Of a DNA stretch of 64,000 nt, positions 25,395 through 37,300 are shown in pieces. The position numbers and the translations under genes are program-made. This DNA comes from Strigamia acuminata (taxonomy: Eukaryota), in contig OX442314.1 of assembly GCA_949358305.1 (NCBI GenBank), positions 1,364,001-1,428,000 on the forward strand, given 5' to 3'. Position 1 is the stretch's first letter. Each line of letters opens with the position of its first letter. The notes under the pieces were generated by a model. It was not told the origin of the DNA. It searched no databases and saw nothing but the letters and a program-made list of their open reading frames with translations.

Positions 25395-26076
25395 GGGTCC
25401 CATTTAAAACCCCACTAAATTTCTTTCGATTTCCACTTAAAAAAAACTACATCTTACACTGACTGATTTTTCCACTAACGGTACTTTTTTGTCCCACTAA
25501 TTTAGCTAAGCCAAAAAAAACTATTTTTTTCTACTAAAATTAAATTGGCAAGAAAAAACTGATTTTACCACTACTATTACTACTTTGGTAAGATAGTTTT
25601 GCGAACGCTTTGCACCTCAAGTCCGTCTCAGCGGGCAAAGAGGACGACCAACCATCCCCCCACATGGTCTACGAGCCCTCCAACAGTCGCCCGCTCCTGC
25701 AAGCGAGTCCCCGCCAAGTCCCCAGTTCTAGTCACGTGTCGGGACCCAACAAGACCTCGATGCCCCTCGCAACCGAGTCCCCGCTAAGTCCTCAGTCCTA
25801 GTCCCGTGTCGGGACCCAGTCCCAACAAGACCTCGGACTCCCCGTCGAGATGCCGGGCCTTCATTTCATCACAGGGGAAAAAGTGGGTGTAATAAGTTTT
25901 TTTAGTGGAAAAATAAGTCGGGTTTAAATAAATATTTTTAGTGGAAAAAATAGTTTTTTGGCTTAGTTGAATTAGTGGGACAAAAAAGTACCGATAGTGG
26001 AAAAACCAGTCAGTGTTAGATTTAGTTTTTTTTAGTGGGATTCCAAGGCACTTTAGTGGGGTTTTAATTTATGCCC
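25395..26076. mobile_element. Non-autonomous Mutator-like element with long TIRs and a GC-rich internal segment
   Basis: Ends GGGTCCCATTTAAAACCCCAC and GTGGGGTTTTAATTTATGCCC; imperfect TIRs of ~150-180 bp; 9-bp TSD TTTCTTTTT at 25386-25394 and 26077-26085. Confidence 0.8.
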
Positions 26077-27855
26077 TTTCTTTTTTAATTCATAAATTAT
26101 AAAATACAATGGATTCATGGTCTGTCGTCATTCCAGAGGAATTCATCTGCACGAAAATGATTTCCTCTGGTAAGAATATAGGAATATTTCTTAAGAGAGG
26201 AATATTTTTGCCTCATTATTTGTTGGGTTTTATATAAGTGTTCGATCATTGATTAATTCATACCGTTTTATTAGTTATAAGTGATCTAATGTTTAACGGT
26301 ATTAGTATGTTTACTAGTTGTTTAATGTGAACGTTCTCCTTAATATATTTTCTGTTTGTTTTATTTATTTATCGTTTATTTGGCCGAGATACTTATCTCG
26401 GCCAATTTCATTCCAAAAAAATCAGTTTGTTGGGGTTCAAAAATATTTCGACCACTCACAAAAATTGTGAAAACAAGATCTTTTCATTAAAAAAATGAAA
26501 ACCACAAATTATAAATCTTAATACCTGGTTGCAAAGCCATTTGTTTTCATATTAGCAGCACAGTGGTCCAGCCATTGAGTCTACAACCGCTGGCAAAAAG
26601 TATTCAGTCAGCCACCACATACGCTGATCTGATCTGAACCCAAAATCATTTTTTTTAGTCTAAGTAATAATTTATTCACAAAACATTTTATTCACTGAAA
26701 AGGCAAGCCAAACGCTACAATTTAGTGGCAATTTGAAATAACTTAAGCAAAATATAAAAAAGTTAGAGATATTTTTGTTGACACCCTGAGGAAAAAAGTA
26801 TTTGATCACGACAACGCCGAGAAAAAGTATAGGATGAGCACTTCCGAGTTTAGTAAAGAGCAGACAGTGTTGTCATTAATTATAAATTCAAAATTCCAAA
26901 ATTTTCTGTGCTTGATTGAATACTGAAACAAACTTTTGTTTGTTGTTGTTGAATTACATTATACCAATTTGTTGTACCGTTTATTCTTCTTGAATTTAAT
27001 CAAAATTGATTTGCTTATATATACGATACCGGTAGTTAATTATAAAAATTATATACGTGCGCATCCTGCACGTCTGTACTTGCAACAAAATTATATGGTT
27101 GTATGAGTTGCATTTTAAATTATTTTTTACGAAATTTACATTTTTAAAATATTTTTAGAAAATTTAATATACAGTATCGGATATTCCCTTCTCACTGACA
27201 ACTCAACTACGTTTCAAATGCTACCTAACACTTAAAATTGAATTGATAATTTCTTCCATAATCGATTTTTTATTTGGAAGATACACTCTTGCGCTGCATA
27301 CACTTACAAATACAGATACAAATACATGAATTTCATAAAAAAGGAACAGGTAATGACACTATTCAGTCAAGTGCATTTTAGGATGTTGAGTTTACGTGTG
27401 CAAAAATATAAATTCAGTGTTTGAATTTGGTATCAAGTTCAAGATATCGGGCGCAGACTTTATAAGACCAAGCATTCACATTCGGTTCTAGTAAGAATTA
27501 GATTGTGGTTGAATTACATTAATTTTGTAGTTAATTTTTTTTTTATAAATTATGTATAAGCACAATTGATTTGTTTGTGAAATGAGGTGCTGGAGTGTAA
27601 TTATTAAAATTACATATAATCAAATTTGAATTAGTTCGTTGAATAACATTAATTATGGTTGATAATCGTCGATATATACATATTCACACGCGTGTATATT
27701 ATCCATACACACCCACTAATTCACATACATACATACATACATGAATATTAATATCTATGCATCGTGCGTATAAAATATTAAAGATTAGAAAGTGTTGTCG
27801 CCACACGGCATTGCTCGCCAAGTGTTCTCTGGTGTTAGTTGTAAACTCCTACAAA

Positions 27856-28165
27856 ATGAAAATTTCTAAATCTCGCATCAGACGTTTGTGCCAAGCAGAA
27901 ATTGCAACGTCAACTGAGAATAGATCTTTACCGGTATTGGATAAGATATTAGTCAAACAGAAATCTCTTCCAATTCGTATACTGTGGTTGGTTGTTGTTC
28001 CGATTTGCTTTGCCATCTGCTGCTATCAAACATTTGAAAGAATACAATATTACTTATCTGGCCCGTACAAAGTCAACATTGAATTTAGACCGACGTCCGA
28101 AATAAACTCTCCCGCTCTTGGGATGTCTGGAATGGATAATAAGGCTTTGACTCCTTATTGGAAAC
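27856..28165 (+). CDS. DEG/ENaC gene B, 5' part of exon 1 (N-terminus, TM1 of repeat 1), interrupted by Copia copy 1
   Basis: MKISK...RILWLVVVPICFAICCYQTFERIQYYLSGPYKVNIEF...SPAL matches the DEG/ENaC TM1 and post-TM1 pattern. The frame continues at 52820 on the minus strand. Confidence 0.85.
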
Positions 28166-28371
28166 TGTTGGTTTTGAGTGCCCAGTCTTCACGCCAGGTG
28201 AACGTTTCACCTGCGCACCCACGACGTCCAGATGACGTACTTGGCGTAAACCAATCAGGGTTGAGCGCACCTGTATATAATGTGTTAGCAATTAGAATAA
28301 AGTTAGTCATTTGCTGTTAAACCTAACCACGCGTCTTATCATTGTCCCAACCTTCGACACTAAAAACTACA

Positions 28372-28400
28372 GGTTATGGGCCCAGCACGCTTCCACTGCG
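28372..28400 (+). promoter_or_regulatory. Copia-type PBS complementary to the 5' half of initiator tRNA-Met
   Basis: GGTTATGGGCCCAGCACGCTTCCACTGCG directly after the LTR; also present in copy 2 at 55141-55169 (-). Confidence 0.9.
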
Positions 28401-28485
28401 GATAATATCGAGATTTGGGACGAAACGATCGAAGAAGTCAAAACGTTTTTGATACGAACCGTTTCGAGAAACAAAATCAGAAACG

Positions 28486-30414
28486 ATGGCGAATGCAGGC
28501 GGAATTTCGGCTAGAATCGAACCACTGGGGAAAGAAAACTACGATGCCTGGAAAGTCCAAATGGAAGCAATTTTGGGGAAGAACGATCTCTTAAAGTACG
28601 CGGACGGAACATTGAAGCGACCAGAAGTTGATCCAAGCAACAATAACACCAAGAAAGCCGCCGAAAATTGGGACGTGAGAGACAGAAACACGAGATACGA
28701 TATTTTGCTACACGTAAAACAGTCGGAGATTCGATTGTTGAAAAACTGTAAAACCTCAAACGAATTATGGAGAAAATTGGACGAAATTTACGAAGCGAAA
28801 GGACCGGCAAATATGGGCATGTTGCTGAAACAAATTTGCGGAAACAAAATGGCTGAGAACGAAAACGTGCGTGACTATCTGAAGGGATTTTTTGAAGCGG
28901 TTGATAAGCTACTCGACATGGATATGGAAATCCATCCGACACTTACTGGGACGCTGCTGTTGCAAAGTTTGCCGAAATCATTCGATACGTTCAAGATCAC
29001 GATGGAATCGCGAGACACATTGCCGACGCTGGAAGCGCTAAAAGCTAAAATTATAGCCGCAGCAATTTCTCAAGAAAAAGATAAAGAAGAAGTATCCGAC
29101 GCAATGTTGGCCAAGAAATCGTTCCAAAAACGGAGGCAGCCGAAGAACGGCGACGATGAATCGGATTCTGATGAAAAGCCGACTTTCAAGTTCAAGTGCC
29201 ACGGTTGCGGAAAAATCGGCCACAAAATCGCCGATTGCCGAAGTAAAAGCAAGAAGGAAAGCGCATCGAGAGCCGAGAAGTCCAAGTACGAATTATTTTT
29301 CTGCGAACAAAACGAGACAGCATTGAAATGCGAGAAGTCACGGCCGAGAAATTGGTGTTTGGACAGCGGCGCAAGTTCCCACATGTGCTCGAGCAATTCA
29401 ACATTTTCAACGATCGAATTCCTGAAGAACCAGAAATTGAATTTGGCCAGTAAAGCGAGTACGAACATCGACGGAAAAGGAACCGCGAAAATCGTCGTCA
29501 AAACTGGAGACGGAAATATGAAGTTGGATTTGACGGAGACTCTCTTGGTACGGGATTTGCGAACGAATTTGATGTCAGTCGGAAAGATCACAGAGCGGGG
29601 ACACAAGGTGATTTTTGACAATAAATCAGCAGAAATAATAAGCCCGAAGGGAGAAATCGTATTCACCGCCGAAAAAAGAAACGGATTATATTACATCGTC
29701 GACAAGACCGAGGATGCTGCGACCGCAATGGAAATCGAAGTCAGAACCGGGAACATGAAGACCGAAAAAGCAAGTACGGAAGTCAAGAAGACAAGAACCG
29801 AGAACAAGAAAACAGCTGCGGAAGTCAAGAAGACGAGAACCGAGAACAAGAAAACAGCTGCGGAAGTCAAGAAGACGAGAGCCGAAAACAAGAAAACAGC
29901 TGCGGAAGTCAAGAAGACTAGAACCGAGAACGTAAAAATTCGCGAATGGCACGAGAAGCTCGAATACGAATCAATTTTGAAGAAACTGAAAAACGACTTT
30001 GCAGAACAGATAAGTCAAACATTAATGGAAATGGCGCAATATATGATTTTGCAGCCGAGTGAGGAATCAAGTGTGGAACTAGACAAGAACGAGAACGAAG
30101 TCAAAATTTCCGAGAACGAGAGCGAAGCCGAAATTTCCGAGAACGAGAGCGAAGCCGAAATTTCCGAGAACGAGAACGAAGTTGAAATTTCCGAGAACGA
30201 GAACGAAGTAGAAATTTTCGAGAACGAGACGGAACAAGGGGAAGTCGAAATCAAGATCAATGATGAAGTCGAGAACGAGACTGAACAAGGGGAAGTCGAA
30301 ACTCTCCAGATCAAAAACGTACGAGCGCCTCCGCGACAATCTTCGAGAACTCGGAGGCTGTATTCAAATCGAAATGGAAAACCACCAGGAAGAATTCGAT
30401 ATGAAGAGTATTAA
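28486..30414 (+). CDS. Copia Gag-protease polyprotein (642 aa) lacking integrase core, RT and RNase H
   Basis: NYDAWKVQMEAIL gag start, CHGCGKIGHKIADC knuckle, WCLDSGASSHM protease, KRNGLY...WH pre-integrase remnant, then 14-aa basic and 9-aa acidic repeats. Confidence 0.92.
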   Translation: MANAGGISARIEPLGKENYDAWKVQMEAILGKNDLLKYADGTLKRPEVDPSNNNTKKAAENWDVRDRNTRYDILLHVKQSEIRLLKNCKTSNELWRKLDEIYEAKGPANMGMLLKQICGNKMAENENVRDYLKGFFEAVDKLLDMDMEIHPTLTGTLLLQSLPKSFDTFKITMESRDTLPTLEALKAKIIAAAISQEKDKEEVSDAMLAKKSFQKRRQPKNGDDESDSDEKPTFKFKCHGCGKIGHKIADCRSKSKKESASRAEKSKYELFFCEQNETALKCEKSRPRNWCLDSGASSHMCSSNSTFSTIEFLKNQKLNLASKASTNIDGKGTAKIVVKTGDGNMKLDLTETLLVRDLRTNLMSVGKITERGHKVIFDNKSAEIISPKGEIVFTAEKRNGLYYIVDKTEDAATAMEIEVRTGNMKTEKASTEVKKTRTENKKTAAEVKKTRTENKKTAAEVKKTRAENKKTAAEVKKTRTENVKIREWHEKLEYESILKKLKNDFAEQISQTLMEMAQYMILQPSEESSVELDKNENEVKISENESEAEISENESEAEISENENEVEISENENEVEIFENETEQGEVEIKINDEVENETEQGEVETLQIKNVRAPPRQSSRTRRLYSNRNGKPPGRIRYEEY

Positions 30415-30757
30415 TTAGTAAAACAAAATATTTGAATTGTTTGAGAAAAATATGTTTAATATTTGAATTGTTTAAGAAAAGTGTTTTTAATTATTTTAAC
30501 TTTTGAGATGTAAAAATGTTGGAATATGTGGTGACTGGCACTCAGGGGAAGTGTTGGTTTTGAGTGCCCAGTCTTCACGCCAGGTGAACGTTTCACCTGC
30601 GCACCCACGACGTCCAGATGACGTACTTGGCGTAAACCAATCAGGGTTGAGCGCACCTGTATATAATGTGTTAGCAATTAGAATAAAGTTAATCATTTGC
30701 TGTTAAACCTAACCACGCGTCTTATCATTGTCCCAACCTTCGACACTAAAAACTACA

Positions 30758-31003
30758 AAGATATCAATTTTTAGGCTAAAAAGATATCAATTTTTAGGCT
30801 AAAAAGATATCAATTTTTAGGCTAAAAAGATATCAATTTTTAGGCTAAAAAGATATCAATTTTTAGGCTAAAAAGATATCAATTTTTAGGCTAAAAAGAT
30901 ATCAATTTTTAGGCTAAAAAGATATCAATTTTTAGGCTAAAAAGATATCAATTTTTAGGCTAAAAAGATATCAATTTTTAGGCTAAAAAGATATCAATTT
31001 TTA
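30758..31003 (+). repeat. 23-bp minisatellite (GATATCAATTTTTAGGCTAAAAA), one half of an array split by Copia insertion and inversion
   Basis: About 10 copies; the other half is at 55376-55556 in the opposite orientation. Confidence 0.92.
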
Positions 31004-32538
31004 GGTTAAAACATTGATTTTAGGACTAACAACATCGATTTTTGGTCTAAAATGATCGTTTTTTGGACTAAAATGATCGTTTTTATGGACTAAAATGATT
31101 GTTTTTTGGACTAAAATGATTATTTTTTGGACTAAAATGATCATTTTTTGAAATAAAATAATCAATTTTTTTCGCAAAAAATGCATGCTTTCTATACCTA
31201 AAAATGCATTTTCCTTTTGTCTGGAAATACTTTTTTTGGTCAGGAAATACATTTTTTCTTGGCCTGAAAATGTATCTTTTTTGTCTCAAAATGCAACACA
31301 AAAACTATTTATTTTTTATAAAAATACGTTTTTGGGAGAGGGTGTCGCTAGCATGACAAAGTCACACTGGTGCACGATACCCTAGGCATGTGCAGTATGA
31401 ATTTGGCATCAAGACACCGGAGCGAACTGTACAGTATAGGGTCGGGACACTACAAGTTCCTTTGATTTCGCCGTTTTCAATATTCAATTTTCAATTTTTG
31501 TTAGATCGATGATATGATTTGTGAGTTTGGACGGTATATTTTTCAAGATAACTTTCTTATCACACTGCATTTATTGTATTTTTTAAAATGCGCATTTTAA
31601 GAGTATGTTTTAATAGTCAAATAAACAGGCTTGGTTTGAAACAAAACGAATGAATATATTGAGCAAGGTGATTACATGAGCGCGATGCAGCGCAATATAT
31701 AAACGCAAAGTGAAAGTAAAGAGTACAAAGGATTACAAGTGTTACGGTGGTAACGGCAGGCAAGCACAAGGGATGTAGATAAAACCAAACTAACACAGCA
31801 TATTTAATGTAGTCATTTTTTTGTTTGAAACTGTTAATTCTATGTCAGAAATTACATTTAAGAAAATGAAAAGCAGAATAATTAAATACATTAAAGAAAA
31901 TAAATTACAGAATAAAAACATACACGAAATAAAATCATAATCCACAAAAGTGGGAAAAAACATAAAAATTAAAAATTGGGGATAAATTTCCCTGCATTGC
32001 CCTTTAATTAAATATAAATCAATCTATCGTGCATACGTAAATTAATTACTGCAGCTGAAGTAATTGCATGTACTGTACCTACAATTATGTCATGAACAAA
32101 ATAATCTCAAAGGAATTATGATTTATACAATAGTTCAATATTTGAAACTTTTATTATTTTTTATAATGTTTGTGCATTATATAAAGGTTTGTATAGATGT
32201 GTTCAAATTTTCTATCCTACAATATTTAAATTTGGTTATGCACATTCACCAAATATTGATAAAAAGGCCCAAAATTCAAGACTAATAAATTCTTAAATTG
32301 GATTAAAGTGTTATTATGTATGTAAAAAATTAAAATTGTGTACGTTAAGTATATCCTGAAGTTGAGAATACAATTCAATTAGAATTCAATTAGCATAAAA
32401 CTTGCCAATTGCATTAATTATCTAATGACAAAAGATATTTATAATTTTAGTAATTTTAGTCTATTTATTTTTTCATTTCCAATTTATTTATTATTGTATT
32501 TCCTATTCTATTTATTATTGTATTTCCTATTTTAGATA

Positions 32539-33217
32539 TAACTCCTTGCCAAAAAAATGGCATACTCTATTTTTTGGAACTTTTAATATTTGAAATTTTT
32601 CAGAAAATATTTCTCACAAGTAAAAATGGATTTAGGAGGATTTAAAGGATTGTTAGAGCTATCATTTCTTTAAAAGTTTTTTGAAAAAAATGAATAGTTA
32701 AAGAGAAAAATATTAAAAACTCCAAAAAGTGACTATTTAGAATATTTCTCATAACTTGTAAACAGAATGAGATAAAATTAAAAACTAAACAGATTTGAGA
32801 CCGTCTATATCTCAAGAAACTTTTCTAAATTAGATGTATGGATTTCCAAGGCCCTCAAAAAAAGGCGTAGAGCTATGTAAAGGGGTAGACAACCACTATT
32901 TTTCGAAAAATCGTGGCGAGCACAACTGTTGACGAATCAAGTCATAGCTATAACATGTTATAGTACGACACAATAATGCTTCAATGCTAAAGTTTCGTTT
33001 CGATTCGTCAACATAGTAAATAGTCACTTTTTGGAGTTTTTAATATTTTTCTCTTTAACTATTTATTTTTTTCAAAAAACATTTTACGAAATGATAGCTC
33101 TAACAATCCTTTAAGTCCTCCTAAAACCATTTTTACTTGTGAGAAATAGTTTCTGTGAAATTTCAAATATTTAAAGTTCCAAAAAATAGAGTATGCCATT
33201 TTTTTGGCAAGGAGTTG
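32539..33217. mobile_element. Non-autonomous TIR element (Tc1/mariner-like, TA flanks, ~200-bp TIRs)
   Basis: (T/C)AACTCCTTGCCAAAAAAATGGCATACTCTATTTTTTGGAAC at both ends in inverted orientation; inserted at the edge of the 24-bp satellite. Confidence 0.8.
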
Positions 33218-33219
33218 TA

Positions 33220-34117
33220 TTATTGCATTTCTTATTCTATTTATTATTGCATTTCCTTTATTATTGCATTTCCTATTCTATTTATTATTGCATTTCCTTT
33301 ATTATTGCATTTCCTATTCTATTTATTATTGCATTTCCTATTCTATTTATTATTGCATTTCCTATTCTATTTATTATTGCATTTCCTATTCTATTTATTA
33401 TTGCATTTCCTATTCTATTTATTATTGCATTTCCTATTCTATTTATTATTGCATTTCCTATTCTATTTATTATTGCATTTCCTATTCTATTTATTATTGC
33501 ATTTCCTATTCTATTTATTATTGCATTTCCTATTCTATTTATTATTGCATTTCCTATTCTATTTATTATTGCATTTCCTATTCTATTTATTATTGCATTT
33601 CCTATTCTATTTATTATTGCATTTCCTATTCTATTTATTATTGCATTTCCTATTCTATTTATTATTGCATTTCCTATTCTATTTATTATTGCATTTCCTA
33701 TTCTATTTATTATTGCATTTCCTATTCTATTTATTATTGCATTTCCTATTCTATTTATTATTGCATTTCCTATTCTATTTATTATTGCATTTCCTATTCT
33801 ATTTATTATTGCATTTCCTATTCTATTTATTATTGCATTTCCTATTCTATTTATTATTGCATTTCCTATTCTATTTATTATTGCATTTCCTATTCTATTT
33901 ATTATTGCATTTCCTATTCTATTTATTATTGCATTTCCTATTCTATTTATTATTGCATTTCCTATTCTATTTATTATTGCATTTCCTATTCTATTTATTA
34001 TTGCATTTCCTATTCTATTTATTATTGCATTTCCTATTCTATTTATTATTGCATTTCCTATTCTATTTATTATTGCATTTCCTATTCTATTTATTATTGC
34101 ATTTCCTATTCTATTTA
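33220..34117 (+). repeat. 24-bp minisatellite (CCTATTCTATTTATTATTGCATTT)n, ~37 copies
   Basis: Near-perfect tandem array; explains the three ~300-aa low-complexity ORFs here. Confidence 0.97.
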
Positions 34118-34333
34118 ATAATCTTTTTGGTTTTGTGCAAGGTTAATCACCCACCTAAACACTACTCATGGTGAACAAAATAGGATAGGATGCTTACTTA
34201 GTTTATTGCATTGAAACATTAGTTAATTAAAAGATTTATAGTGTTTTAACACTACAATCAAAGTGCAGGTCTTACACTAAATGTGCTGTGATTTTATCAT
34301 GATTTTAAATGGGCAGTACCTTTAAGAGTAAGA

Positions 34334-37300
34334 TTATTTTTTTAAACAATTACTTAGGTTTAAGTAAAGAATTTGCATTATTTCGGGTATTGCGAATAGA
34401 GACAAACCAAGCATCAACCCAAACCCATTTCCCACATCACAAAAAAGAGCATTAAGGCTGTATGATAAAATTTCTTCAAACTTCTCTATCATGTTATTCA
34501 TTGCGGTAATGCCAAGTATGTCAGCTATCCATGTTCCAGGCTCTTGAAAATAAAGTTCTGTTGTGACAACGCTTTCTTTGCATGAAGGTTGGCAATGGCA
34601 GACTTCTTTTTTGTTTATATTCATGGAAATGTTAATAAATGTTGCCACAACTTGTTTAGCTTCTGAGGCTGTTGTGCATGGATTGGTGAGATTGTCATCA
34701 GTAAGCGGAACACTAGGTGGAAACAAAAATTTAAAAACAGACAAGTTAAACTGTGAATATAATTCGTGACATGAACATAGAAGTGGAATTAGAAAATCCA
34801 GTTGCTTTTACTGTATCTGCAGTCCAAAAGTACAATTGCCTAAATTTACACTTACAAGTTAGTAAATAGTGTTTGTGATCTCACCTCCTTGGTGTGATGT
34901 AGGAGCGTTACGATTACCACACATACCGTATATCTTTGATTTGTAGGCGGGCCTTTAATAGCCCGCGGACCTTATTTAATACGCGGGGCCGAACTTTTTT
35001 TTACAAATAAGGCGCGGGCCTTGTTTAGCGCGTGGGGCCAATTGTTACGTTTCCGAAACGTACCATAATTGTTGTTACGTCTCGAAAAGTTCCAATTGTA
35101 GGCCGAAAATTTTTGAAATGTGCCGAAAAAGGATGATAAATGGAACGTTTTGCATATGTTTCAGTAGAAATTACCGAAACACATGCAAAACGTTTTATTT
35201 ATCACACTGTTTTGGTGATTTTTGTCGCAAATTGGCCGATGTTTTTTTCCAATTCGGAATAAACCGCGGGCCTTAAATAGCGCGCGGACCTCAAATACCA
35301 CGCGGGTCAAAATATTTTTTTGCAAATAGCGCACGGGTGCACTATTTGCAGATATACAGTAATGATGTAATGAATATAACGGGATTATATTATTTTGACA
35401 CTATTTTCCCTAATTTTGACACTAAAAATCCCTGACTTTTACACTCACTGAGTTTTACACTAAACTTCTGAATACCAACACTATTTTCCCTTATTTTTGC
35501 ACTAAAATTTCTGAAAACTAAGGTGACCAAAATTGACCAAAATTGACCAAAATTGACTAAAAATTGGCCGAAATAAACGAAAATTGGACGAATCGGACGT
35601 AAACCGTAAATCGGACGTATACCAGACGATTCGCGTCGCCAAGCGATTTGGACTTGAATCCAAAATGGCGTCAGGTCGCACCTGATTTGTTGCGATCAAA
35701 ATCGCCGACCAAAAAGTACATGCACCAATTACTTTTTGGTCGGCGATTTTGATTGCAACCAATCAGGTGCGACCTGACGCCATTTTGGATTCAGGTCCAA
35801 ATCTTTTGGCGACGCGTGTGTCACAAGCATCACATTACATTATGACTTCCCAATTTATGGTGCTTTCTTCGGAAGAGTCTGATACTGATCCGGATTTCAA
35901 AAGCCACAAACTGGCACCCAAACAGCGAAGGAAAGCAGGCCTCGCTTGGGAAAAGAAACAAAGTTTCGATTGTTACGAAGCTGCAGTTAAATCGCTTAAA
36001 GATGAGAAGTCTTGGAAAATGAGAAGAAAGTATTTGTCATCCGAAGGAGAAAAAATTTTTTTACGACTGCAGATTTTCGAATGAATGTTCCGCAAAAACG
36101 TACTTTTTAGTTACATCTCACAGTGCAAAATGTGATGTTTATATCACTACCAAAATTCATACACACGAAGGACTGGTTGGACCAGTTCAATGGGGTATTC
36201 CGGAAATGACAAAACAAAAACTTCGCGATTTGTATAAAAACGGAGTTACTAAACCAAAATCGATTCTTCGTAAACTTCGAGAGTTTGGAATAGCAGAACC
36301 CAAGACTAAACAGTTGGAAAATTTGTTGACGGTGATTCGTAAGGAAGAAGATGGAGAGACGCTTGTATCGCTAGGACAATTGCAGAAATGTGTTTCGGAT
36401 GATTTGATTGTTCCAGAAGACGATGATGAGCCGTTTGTTCTGAAATACGATGTTCATATAAGTGATAATGATAATGAAAGCTATTTCCGATTCTGTTATA
36501 CGACCAAGAGATTACAAACGATCAAGGAAAAAGGCAGGCTGTTCGGATTCCAATCGAACATTTCATCCGATTTGTGTCGGTGTTTTTCAATCGGAAACGG
36601 CAGAAGATTTTAAATTTTTTTTTCAAGCATTAGCTATAAAATCATACAAGCCCAAAGCACTCGTTGCTGATTGTGCTGAGGCAATCACAAATGCATGTTT
36701 GGATGTTTTCGTTAATGAGACATTAAGAATACACTGTTGGGCGCATGTAATCCGAAATGTTGATAAAAAGCTAACAAGTAAGTCTTATAACAAACAATGA
36801 TAGTCGTGCAGAAGTGCGTTCTGACATTGTAGCTTTACAATTAGCCCGCTCTGATTAAGAATTTAACGTTTCCAAGCAGTTATTCGTGAAGAAATGGAGA
36901 GCGGTTGAGTCGGTTTGCACTTTTTTAAATTATTTTGATAATGAATATTTAAATCGTTTTATTGGATGGCATGTTGGTCACTGTCCTGGCTCTCCGTGTA
37001 CAAACAATGGTTTGGGATCGATAAATAATACTGTTAAATCCCATTACACTTTTAGAAATCGGCTTCCTCTCCTTCGTTTTTTGGTAGTTTTAAAAGAAAT
37101 GGTTCGTAACTGGTCAATTAAGAAAGATCCTAATGCTGTAAACGCAAAATTGTTTGCAACAACATCCATGTTTTTGTTAAATCAAATATCAGCAGCGTAC
37201 CAGTGGAAAAGAGCAAAACCGACCGTAAAAACACGTACAGATGGTGGCAGAATTTTATATTTTATTCAACCACGTGAACAGGCTGTTTTAGGAGACGTAG

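Larger units (their letters stand above)
28166..30757 (+). mobile_element. Ty1/Copia-derived non-autonomous LTR element, copy 1 (206-bp LTRs at 28166-28371 and 30552-30757)
   Basis: LTRs TGTTGG...ACTACA differing at one site seen; iMet half-tRNA PBS; purine tract AGGGGAAG before the 3' LTR; flanks GAAAC and AAGAT do not match. Confidence 0.95.

Noticed and set aside
27757..28320. 187-aa ORF as a complete gene
   Set aside because: It is a chimera of DEG/ENaC exon 1 and read-through into the Copia LTR.
28372..28400. tRNA-Met gene fragment (likewise the tRNA-Pro-like 21481-21500)
   Set aside because: Each lies directly after an LTR with no full cloverleaf; they are primer-binding sites.
33155..34174. 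Three ~300-aa hydrophobic ORFs
   Set aside because: They are translations of a stop-free 24-bp minisatellite.
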